From Proteromonas lacertae (Eukaryota), in contig NGBS01000007.1 in the NCBI GenBank assembly GCA_002245135.1, forward strand, positions 186,001 through 239,482: DNA of 53,482 bases, read 5' to 3'. Below are positions 38,430-50,600 of this stretch, piece after piece. The notes beneath the pieces were generated by a model that was not told the origin of the DNA, searched no databases, and saw nothing but the letters and a program-made list of their open reading frames with translations. Numbering within the stretch: the stretch's first letter is position 1; every line of letters starts with the position of its first letter. Position numbers and translations under genes: made by a program.

Positions 38430-38944
38430 ATGCCATATTCAGTATATAAACTTTACATGCATTTTAATCATTTTTTCTTTTTTAACATTAATTAAATTTG
38501 CTTTTAATACTGAATTTATATATATTCTATTACGTATTAAAGACCATACCTCAATCAAGTATAGGGCCTGATTCAGATTATTCTATATACTTTAATTTTA
38601 GCTATTATATAATATTTGCTGAATTTTATTCTATTATATCTTTAGCCAAGAGATGATTCACCAGATTCAAGAGGAAGATATGGAGATTCACCAAAAACAG
38701 ATGCATTTGGAAGAGAATTACCGTATAAACTAAACGCATAATCAATAATATAGAAATGAGAGATTAAATGGTTTATCAACTGCTGATCATGATGTAAGTC
38801 GAAGTAGAAGCAGGAGTAGAAGTAGAAGTCAACACAGAAGATCCTTCTCTCGTAGTAGAAGTCGTAGTCACAGTAGAAGTTCTCCAAGAAGAAACAGTTA
38901 CAATAATAATAATAATAATAATAGTTATAATGGTGGATAGTATA

Positions 38945-38986
<42 letters not shown>

Positions 38987-40915
38987 GTCGAAGAGGTAGA
39001 AGATACAATAATTATGATCGATACAATAATAATAATAATCAATCCAGTAGATTATTACCTTCAATTAGGCCTCATGTTCGTTCAGTTCAACCAATGCAAA
39101 CATATAAGAACTTTTTAGTATCATTAGACGATGATATCAACCCTGAAAGTGCTTTAGAGAAATATCATAATTACCAGAAAGAATATGTGGAGAAAGTGAA
39201 TGAAGAATATTTCAAAGAACATGTTAAAGAAGAATGGTTTAGAGAAAGATACTTTGATGGTATATATATTATTATATATATTATTATATATATAATTATT
39301 TAGCTGAACGTGAAAGAAAAATCTGCGAATTGAATGAAGTTCATGATAGAATCTATAAAGAAATAATAGAGAAGAATATTGATTTACATATCTTAAAAAT
39401 CAATCCTAACAACAATAATTCAAATGAAAATAAATCATCATCATCATCAACAACAACAGCAACTACAACTGAAGCAGATGAATCTGATAAAAACAATAAA
39501 GATTTATACATTGAACCAAATATAATATTCCTTCAAAATATACCACCAACAGTTTCAAGAGAACAATTTAATAATTTATTTAATAAATATGATGGTTTTA
39601 TTGAGAGTTATTTTTCTGATCCTTCTCAATTTCCTCCAAAATATTTCTTTCGTTTTGGTTGGATAGTATTTGATACAAGTGAAAATGCGAATAATGTGTT
39701 AAGTAAATGTGGAGGTCAACATTTACAATATGTAGAAAAGAAAGATTTTATATTTAATGGAGCTATTAATAAGTCTCGACCTCCTAGTATGTTGCCTTAT
39801 GATGCAATCAATCGATTAGAAAAAGATTTTAAACAAATTCGACATTTAATTAATGAATTAGATAAAACAAGAGTATATATATATATATATATATTATTAT
39901 TATTATTATTATTATTTAATAGAATTATGAATTAACCTTTGAATCATTATTAAGTAATGAAAATATCAGCAAATTATCAATTCGAAATCAAATGAAAATT
40001 GCAGTTTATTATTTGAAAAGAGTATTTTTATATTCTTATTACAGTGGAGTTCAATATCATGATTATGGTCAAATTATCTTTAACGAAGGTCCTTATTACT
40101 TCTATTGTGATGAATATAATGAAAATAATAATAGTAGTAGTCAAAACAACAACAATATAAATGAAAAATCAACAGAATCAATGGAAATTGAAGAAAATAA
40201 ACCAATAACAACAGCAACAACAAATGATAATAATACTGAAATAACAACAACTACTACTACATCAAATGAATCAACAAGTATAGACAAGAAAGAAAAAGAA
40301 ATGAAAGTAGGAGGAGTTGATGATGATGAAGATGATGATGAAGAAGAAGAAATAGAAGGAGAAGAAGGTGAAATAAAATCAACCTCATTTCGATCTCCTT
40401 ACAGTTATCCATCCAATTGGGGAACAATAACTGATACAAATTATGAAAATCGATTAGAATATATAAATATAATGAGTAAACTGTTTAATGAGACTGTAGA
40501 TGGTAATAGTGATATGCTAGAACAGAGTTTTTATGAGCAAAATATAAAGAAAACAAACAAAGAAAGTTTTGGTATGTGTTTTGCTTGTGTATTTTGTGAT
40601 AAAAAATTTGAAGAAAAGAAATATGCTGAGAAACATCAAAAATTAAAACATAATGAAAAGATAGAAGAATTTATTCAACAAGACAAATTTATTCAAAAAG
40701 CAAAGAATATCTTCTTAAATGATCCTTTGAGATATGTTCCAATCGAAAAAGAGAGACTTCGAAAGAATAAATTAAATAATAGAGAAATGAATAATGGTGC
40801 TTTAGGTGGTAGTTATAGACGTAGATCGTATTATTCTTATCGAGATCCTGATGATACTTCGAGTTTATCTTCAACGAGTAAAGGAAAGAGTTTAATAAAC
40901 TATGGTGATATTTAA
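38430..40915 (+). CDS. SRRT: ARS2/SERRATE RNA effector (cap-binding-complex adaptor) with N-terminal RS domain
   Basis: MPYS|PRDDSP...DAFGRE, RS repeats, MQTYKNFL...EYFKEHVKEEWFRERY, RRM (LQNIPPTVSR...RFGWIVF), YLKRVFLYSYYSG, C2H2 CVFCDKKF...KHQKLKH, C-terminal YRDPDD. Start exon inferred across a 204-nt intron. Confidence 0.9.
38442..38645 (+). other. Unusually long (204 nt) first intron of ARS2/SERRATE
   Basis: GTAT...TAG joining ATG CCA TAT TCA to CCA AGA GAT in frame. The alternative nearby ATG frame hits a stop after the next intron. Confidence 0.65.
38949..38983. repeat. (TA)n microsatellite filling most of a short intron; similar TA/AAT runs occur in many introns (e.g. ~4416-4455, ~26437-26468, ~27853-27878)
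   Basis: Directly visible dinucleotide run between the GTAT donor and the TAG acceptor. Confidence 0.9.
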
Positions 40916-41685
40916 TCTGAATTTGAGATAATTATATTTGAATTTTTACTTACATTTGTGTTTATTGATGATACAACAATGAATACACTTAATACAATTA
41001 TAATACACTTTTCATTTGTATTTATATCATTTCTATTTAAATCACTATTATATTACTTTTTTATTCCAAAATTCCCATTATCGTAGTATTATACATTAAA
41101 TTCTCATATATATGAATATTATATAGTTGAAAGAGTGATTAGTGTTATTCCTTGTGTATATTAGTATTATCAATTCTATAACACTTTTATTAAAATATTT
41201 ATTGAAAGAAATGTAAATTGGATTATTTATTTCTAGCTTATCAGTATAAATCCGAAATAAAGTATTATCTATACAATCTGGAAGATCATATTCAGTGTTT
41301 TGGTAGATATTAGCTTAAATTTTAATCTCTAAAATTATAAAAGTATATATACAATTATTACAGAAAAAAACCGCACAACGATCTGAGTCAAGTATAGAAA
41401 TTCCTATTTGCAAAATAGAATTGATACTTATTTTCATTTCTTTACTTATATAAATTGTATACTATTAAAAAACATACATATTAAAACACTGATTGTTGAA
41501 AAGAAAGATTATATGATAATTTATATGTTAAGAATATTTAAGAAGGAATATTATATGTTGAGAATAATAACATTTATTTACTAAAAGAATAAATTTTGGT
41601 ATGTTTTCGCACCATAAATTCAATCTTTAATAGCCAATAGAATTCTGTTTATCTTATTAGAATTTATTAAATTACTTAAAGAAGA

Positions 41686-44600
41686 ATGAGTAAAGTTTGG
41701 AAAGTCACTCTTTTACTACTTTGTTTTTTGCTAATTACAGGTATATATATATATTATTTATATACTTTTTTAGTAAACTGTCAAGGTTATACATGTAGTT
41801 ATGAAAATAACAATGTATTGAATGTTATTACAGGACAATCAGGACAGTCAAAATTGACATGCAATTTCGTAATATCATCTGTGTCAATATCTCCTTCATT
41901 ACCTATAGGAATGGAGATTAATACGTGGATTGGTATTGGTGATACTGGTATGATCTCTGGAACACCATCATATGCATCTGCTCAATCTAGTTACACTGTA
42001 TCTGTTGGAAGAAGAGGTTCTTCAGATGTAATTAGAGTTGTGATAAAAATTGCAGTAATTAGTCCATTAACATCATGTACTTACAATGTTAGAACTGCAT
42101 TGTTTATGATTAATTATCCAAACCATTTAATGCCACCAACTTGTGATTCAATTACTTCTTCATTTACTGCAACTGGATTGCCATATGGTATGAAAATCGA
42201 TCCAACTACAGGTGCAATAACAGGCACAGCTTGGTATGATTCTCCAACTACTGGTAAAACTGCCAAAATTACAGTTACTGGTATTCGTGGTGGAGGTACA
42301 GCAACAGTAACACTTAAATATAGTATTATTGATCCATCATCAAAGGAGGCAAGTCAAGGTATTTTGGCTAGATTTTCACCTTCGCAAACTGATTGGTCAA
42401 ATACAGTATATCCAACTTATATGAAGAAATTCGATGATGGTTCAATTAATCATTACACAAATGTATTTGATGAACCAACATATACTTGCCCATTAAATGA
42501 TCCATGTATACAAGTAGGAGGTAATATAGGTAATATGTATGGTAAATGGACTGCTGCATTAAATTTTGAAAAAACTGGTGATTATATATTTAGTTATGTG
42601 TCAGATGATAATTGTGCTATTTACATTGATGATATGAATATAAATAAAGGAGAAGCAACAACTGTATGGAATCAAGCTAAGACCTTCACGATGTCAGTTT
42701 TAACTCCAGGTTATCAAGCTTTTGCTGTTCTACACTATAATGGAGATGGAGCAAGTGGTCTAAATGTACAGTGGAAGACTCCAGGTTCAACAACATTTGA
42801 AAATATTCCAAAAGCTAATTTAAGATATGTTCCTTCACCTGTAACAAAGTTAGAATATCCAGCTAAGTTTTATTCATTAAATATTGGTCAATCTAAGTCA
42901 ATTGATGGTATATACATTGGTTATTGTCCATCAATTGAAGTAACACCAGATTTAAGTAAAATTGGAGTAAGTGTATTATCATCAGGAAAATTAACTACAA
43001 CTGCTGCAAAAGAATACAATAATGGTGCATATATCGCTTTTACATTTAAATGTAAAAGTACATATTCAGGATATGATGATTTTACATCTGTATTGAATCT
43101 TCGTGTCATAAAAACCAGTAAAGAATATGCTATACAAGGTTTAATTGGTAATTATTATAAAACTATCGGTTTAAATAATTGTGAATTAAAAGAACTTAAT
43201 GAACAGTATCATTCATTAGCAATACAAAAAATTACAACATCTTATTCAGATATTTGGCATGCTACTACCAATGAAATTTGGGATGGATTATCATCTGATT
43301 TTGCTAATGATTATGATATTTTTTGGGAAGGTTATTTGTATGTAGAAAACGCAGGTAGATATACATTCTCATTTACTGTTCAAGATGGTGGTAGATTAAC
43401 TATAGCAGATAAAGCTGGTTCGTTTCTGACATTAGCTGATGGTTGTATGCTTCAATCAAATGATCAGGCATGGAATCTTGTTGCTGGTTTTAATTATTTC
43501 TCTGTTAGATACATTAAAGGTCATACATCACCATTAAAGACTTTAGAAGTACAATATACAGGTCCAGGTATAGCAAAGAAATTGGTTCCACATTCAGCTT
43601 TATATCATATGCCTTCATTGGCTTTTGAATATGAGTATATGCGTAATGATTATGTTTCTGGAGTAGAAATGGCAAAGAATTGTCCATTGTTTGCAAAAGC
43701 TGATGAAAACAAATATAAATATTACTTAGTAACTCCAAATTTACCAGATGGTATTAACATTGATTCACAAACAGGTTGTATTTCTGGAACACCAAGTGTA
43801 GCAATGGGTAATTTCTCATTGACAACATTCAATATTCAAGCATGTAAAAGTCAAGGTAGTAATGAATGTTTAGAATCAAGTATATCAATTGAAGCTCATG
43901 CTTATCAAGCACCAAGTGGTTTGACTTACCCAAACAGTATATCTGGTGAAATAGGTATGCAAGTTTTATTAAAACCAACATATGTTTCAAGCACAGCAGT
44001 AAAATGGTCAAGCAATCCTGCATTACCAAAAGGATTAAGTTTTGATGTTGATGGTACAATATTAGGTAATCCAGTTGAGGAATTTTCTGGTACAGTAACT
44101 GTTAGTTGCTCAAATCCTTCTGGTGCAAGTACATATGATTTATCAATTGATATTAGAGGTTGTTCTAATGGAAATTTGGTTTATTTGAAATATATTACTG
44201 GTGATCCAAACTTAAGCATTAATCTTTATACAATAACAAGTACAGGAGCTCAAGGTAGTATATTATCAAAAATAACTGAAGATCATTTATTTAATACATA
44301 TTATACAGTCTTTGCATGTTCTTCAGTATCTGATTTAAGATTAGAAATGAATTTTGAAGGTCAATTAGGTGGAACTTATATAGTTGGTGGTGAAGATGAT
44401 GTTATATTCAAAAAAGGAAGTTGGAATTATGATAATCCATCATCTGCTGTTCAATTTTCAATTGAAAAAGGAGATACACCAGAACTTAGTTATAGATCAA
44501 ACGAATTTACATATGTTATTGGTGAAGAAATCAGTATAAAAACTAATCCAATCAAATATGGTGCTTCATCATTCTCTGTCCCTGAAAATTCATTACCTCT

Positions 44601-47600
44601 TGGAGTATTATTCAATACAACTACAGGTGAATTCTCTGGTTATGCATTAGTTGGTGCTGAAAATAAAGATGTTACTGTTACAGCTTATGGAAGAGGAGGT
44701 GAAAGTAGTTCATCAGTTACTATAAGTTTCAGATTTAATGAATATTGTCAAGAAGGTTACTTATTATTAGCATTAGAAGGAATTATTGTTGAGAATGGTG
44801 AAGATCAAATGATGAGATTATCAGATGAAAATGGAGTTGTATTAAATTATGCAAATGGTTTCCCAAGTTATAGTTCATTTAGATGGTCTCAATGTTTGCC
44901 ATTTGGTACATACAAACTTACATATGGTATGGCAGGAAGTAAAAAAGGTAAAAGTGGAAGATGGAATATTTACAAGAATAATGTGAATGTAGCTTATTTA
45001 AATGTTGTTTATAATGGAAGAACAACATATACCATTGACTTATTTACTTATATTGATGTACCTACTCAATGGGAATATAGTTTTTCTGCAAGTGGAAATT
45101 GGCATCAAGAATATGGAGGTGATAATAACTGGAAAAAATGTACAACAAGTACATTACCTGGTACTGAACAAACAACAACATATTACAGAGCAAAATTTTC
45201 ATTAGCTTATGTTGATTTTGCAGCAATTTCACGATTTGAGTTAACATTAAGTTATAGAGATGGTATTGTAGTCTATTTGAATGGTCAACAATTGTATATT
45301 CGTAATATGGGTTCTTCAGCTTCTGATACATCATTTTCATCAAGTACATTAGCAACATCACAATTTCCTTCTATGTCATCAAGAACTATATATGGTTCAA
45401 ATCAAAGATTAAATCAAGGAGATAATTATATTGGTATTGAAATACACAAGAAAGAAGCTGGTGATGTAAGTCAAATGCCTTTTACTGATTTCATTAAGTA
45501 TTTCCATAGATTCATCCAATAATTGTCAAAATGTATTACCTGTTCCATCAAGTGAAACACAAAGTAACTACTATAATAGCAAAGCAGTTTATGCTGACTA
45601 TGGTGCTAATGAAGGTTTTTTAAAAGCTTTTGATAGTAATGTTAATACAAAATATTTATATGATGAAGGAGATCAATATTTAGTATTTAGATATTGGATT
45701 CCAAAAGGTGGAGCATATACTATAGATCAATATTTATTTGCAACTGCTGATGATTATCCATGTAGAGATCCATATAATTGGGTAATAGAAGGAGCAAGAC
45801 AATTTGATATAACAAAAGATGAAGGAAGTAATCCATTCTGGGAAACAATAGCAAGAAATACAGGTTACTTACCAGATACTAGAAAGAAATATAATTATTT
45901 CCCTGTTACAACTACTAAGAAATATGCTTATGAAGCTATAAGGGTTGGTATTAAAAATAAAAAGAGTGGAATTGCTAGTTGTCCAAATCAAATTCAATTT
46001 TCAGAATTCAATTTATTGGTATGTAGACAAGCAAGTTGTCCTGAAGATGGTTTATGGCCAGCAACATTAGCAGGTGATTATGCAGAAATTGAATGTGAAA
46101 GTGGATATGATGGAAATCAAAGAAGAGAATGTGATTCTACGGGTAATTGGAATGATAATATTGATAGAAGTGGATGCTTAAAGAAACCAGATGCAACACA
46201 ATTGAATTATGATTTTATTAACCCAGTTAAAGCATATGTAGGTGCAAATATGAAATATACACCAAATCCAAATGGTGAAGTAACAGGTTATTCAATATCA
46301 CCAAGATTACCAACTGGAGTATCAATTGATGCAAATACAGGTATTATTAAAGGAGCACCAACTCAAAAAGTATCAAATCAAATATATACAATCACAGCAA
46401 CAACAACTACAAATCCAGTATCTCAAGTTTTACAGTTGACAGTAGATCAACCAACTTGTGCTAGTCAAACAGTAGGAGGAATTTTATATCCAGAAACACT
46501 AGCTGGTAATTCAATTAATATTAGATGTGGTGGTGAATATAGTGGTAGTGCAACAGTAACATGTTCATTAGTGAATGGCAACCCAATATGGACAAGTCCA
46601 GATAGAAGCAAATGCCTTTCATTACCACCACCAGGTTGTCAAGATATTACAGGTATGACATTTAAAGTAGGTGATTTAGTTAATAAAGTAATAACATGTA
46701 CTAGAGCAGTTGTAGATTATACAATATATCCATCATTACCAACTGGTATTTCGCTTAATGTAGCTGGAAGAACATTATCTTTTACAGGTAGAGCATCAGT
46801 TGCATTAAGTCCAACAACTTATGTATTAAATGTTACAAGTGAAAGAAAAGGCTATGATGAATTGAACTTCCCATTGAAAATTTATGAACTAATTAAAAGT
46901 TGTTCATATGCATTTGGTAATTCAGTAATGCAAGTGGGTCAAAACATTGAAACAGAAATATTTGCACCAACATGTATTGGTGTTGTTGATAGTTACATGA
47001 TATCAAATGAAGCATCATTGCCAGCAGGATTGAAATTTGATAGAACAACTGGATCAATAACAGGTATAGCAACAACAATATCTCCATCACCAGTTTCAAT
47101 AATTATGAATGCAGTAAATCCAGCAGGAAATTCACCACAATATAATTTATTATTACAAGTTGTAGAAGCAATTATGGATGATGGTAAATTAGATGGTGAA
47201 GTGACTGAAAATGGCGGAGTTAGTTCAATAGGAATATCTGAATTAATGAGAAAATGGAATGAAGGTGATTATGCTGTGACAAAAGTAGATATACCAACAT
47301 CATTTTCTACACTAAGTGGAAGAAATTCACCATATGAAATTGCTTATCCAGTTCGAGATTCAAGTTCATCAGTTATAGGAAAAGAATATTATGCTACTAG
47401 ATTCACAGGTTATATTAATATTCCAGCAGGAGGTGAATGGCAGTTTAAAATACAAGGAGATGATGAAATGTGGGTATTTATTGATGATATGAATGTTGCA
47501 AATGTTATGACAGGTAGTTATAATGCAGCAGGCACATATACAAAGACATTACAAGCTGGTTATAGAAAATTAGCAATTTATTTCTACAATGGTGGAACTG

Positions 47601-50600
47601 CACAATATTATGATATAAAATGGAGAAGTAGAAATGCTGGAATTACAGATTATACTAGTATTCCTGATAGTGCATTTGCCAGACCAACAGGTTCAATATT
47701 ACAGAAAGTATCGTATGCTACAAATGATTTTATCTTTGTAAAAGGTCTTAAAATAGAACCAATTACTCCAACTCTTGTTGGACCAGTTAAAACATGGAGA
47801 ATTGAACCAGATCTTCCACCAGGAGTTGTGTTTAACAATGGTGTAATTAGTGGTACTCCAACAATTGCATACAACAGAAGAGAATATACAATTACAGCTA
47901 CAAATGTAGTTACAGTAGTTATTAAAATATCATTTGGTATATTAGATAATAATGGAAATAGTTTATCAAGAGGTGTAACTGGTTATTATTATAGTGGAAA
48001 TGTTGGATGTGATATTATTGATCTTGATAAAGTTCCTAAACAATTAACATTGAAATTTACAAGATATGAAACTAAAGGTGTACAATTCCCATCAAGCGCT
48101 GCTGTTTGGGATGGTTTAACTAATGATTTTAAAAGTTCATTCGTTGCTTATTGGAAAGGTTATCTTAATATACCCGAAGCAGGAGAATATACATTTCATG
48201 CTGAAGCAACTGATTGGTCAAGATTATATATAGCAAGTGAAAGTGCTTATTATTCAAATAAAAATACAGCTTGTGGTTCACAGAGTAGGGATATAACAAT
48301 AAAATTTGAAAATGGTGGTTTGACATATTTTGGTATATTATTTGGTAAAGCACAAAATTCAGGTAATAAATCACATTCACTTGAATGGACACATGATAGT
48401 GGAAATTATCCATTCAGTAGAAAAGAGGTTGATTTTGAATATTTACTTCATGTACCAGAAGGTTATTTAGAATATACTTATAAATTGGCAACATATGTAA
48501 GTGGTATTGCAATTAAAAGTAATGAACCAATATTCTTCCAAGTACAATCATCAAAATATAACAATTTCTTAATCAATCCATTATTACCATCAGGTATAAT
48601 GATTAATCCATCAACAGGTGTTATATCAGGTACTCCAACTGATCTTGGTGTATTAGAAACAACTTATACAATTACAGCATCTAGTTCATCAGATGCAAGT
48701 TTACCAACCTATACAACTCAAATTACATTTACTGTTGAACAAAGATTCAATCCACAAAACTTAGTATATCCAACAATATCAACAAGTATTGGTCGACAAT
48801 TAACAGTAAATGGAGTTACTGTTAATTCAATATCTCCATCATTGGATAATGCGATTGGTGTAGTTTATACATTAAAATCACCTTTACCTACAGGTTTATC
48901 ACTTAATCCTAATACAGGTGAAATATCTGGCATTCCTTATGAACAATGGAGTGAACCAGTGACAATTGAAGCATCAAATCCATCAGGATCAACAGAAGCA
49001 AAAGTATCAATTACAGTAACAGGTTGTCCAGGATCAATGAAATTCTTAAGATTTGAATATACAATACAAAATGCTGATGTAGTTGTTCAATTAATGAATA
49101 GCAGAGGTATATTACTTCATCAAGGTTCTGGATTAGTAGGATTTCAAGAATATATTTACACTGAATGTAATACACCAGATATGTACAATGTAACATTTAC
49201 AAGAAGAGGAGCTGCTAGTGGTGGTTGGTTTAGAATATCTATGGATAATTTGGTTGTATATTCAGCTAATAATACTGATGGTGCTTGGACTACAGATGCA
49301 TATGTTGTTAATGGAAATACAGTAAATGCTCCACCAATTTTAGTTTATCCAACACCTCAAGTGAATGTAATTCCAGGTCAAATTGTTTCTTTATGTCCAT
49401 CTATTCAAAATGGTGCAAGTAGAATAGAAATAGTAGAATCTGGTGAATTCCCAGAATTTTTAAGATTTAGTGAAGAAACAGGATGTGTTGTTGGTACAAC
49501 AATGGGAATGGGAAGAAATGGTATTTCTATAACATTAAAAGCCATAAATCCAAGTGGTGAATCAAGTCCAACAACAATTCAAATTATTGCAGATCAACAA
49601 TGTCCAGGAACAAAAGAATTAGCTGTATTTAGATTTACATGTGATAATGAATGCCAAGAAACTATTATACATTCAAATCATTTTCATCATCATCCTATGT
49701 TATAAGCAATGCAGGTAATATATTGAATCATGATAAATGGATGTCAGATTGTGTTACATTAGGTGCATATGAATTAGTAGTTGGAAATTCTGATAAGCAT
49801 TCTTGGACATCTGATACTAATTTCTATATTTATTTAGCAACACAATTACTTGATACATATAGACATGATTCAACAACAGTAAAAACTACTCAGTATGTAG
49901 TTTCATTAACAAGTTATTTAACAGATAGTTCTGAATGGCATTTCTCAAATAGCAAGCCAAATAATGATAAATGGAAGAGTGAATTAGATAAATCATATAT
50001 GCCAAATAAATATAGATCAGGATTATTCCCAACAAGAACAACAATAGCTAGTTATTATGGAATAGAGTTTAATTTCTATGATGAATTAACATTTATTTCC
50101 AGTTTAGATTTATCAGTAACACATGATTCTGGTATTATCATTTATTTGAATGGAGTAGAAATATACAGAAATGGTTTACCAATTGGATTAGTAACAGAAA
50201 CAACATGGGGAAAGAGATTAATTGATCCAATAGCAGCAAGAACTGTTGTAATTCCACAAATGTTGATTAAGGCTGGTAAGAATTATATGGCTGTAGAATG
50301 TCATAGATATAGAAGCAGTATAGCATATGATCCATTTAAAGCATCTTTATTACCAACAGCTAGTTCAACAACTCAAACAGGTAAATGTTCATTAAAAACA
50401 ACAATGAATGGTGTTCAAGCTTATACATCAGGAACAACTAATGGAGGTGAAGAAGCTAGCAAAGCAATTGATAATAACCATGGTACTAAAACATATGTAA
50501 CACATGAAAAAGAAGATTATCCTGTTAATTTTGATATTTATTGGCCAAATAAAAGAGCTGAATATTTCAATATGTATGACTTCTGGACAGCTAATGATAG

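Noticed and set aside
38642..39118. ORFs with YIYIYI / IIII runs
   Set aside because: Translations of intronic (TA)n and exonic (AAT)n repeats overlapping ARS2.
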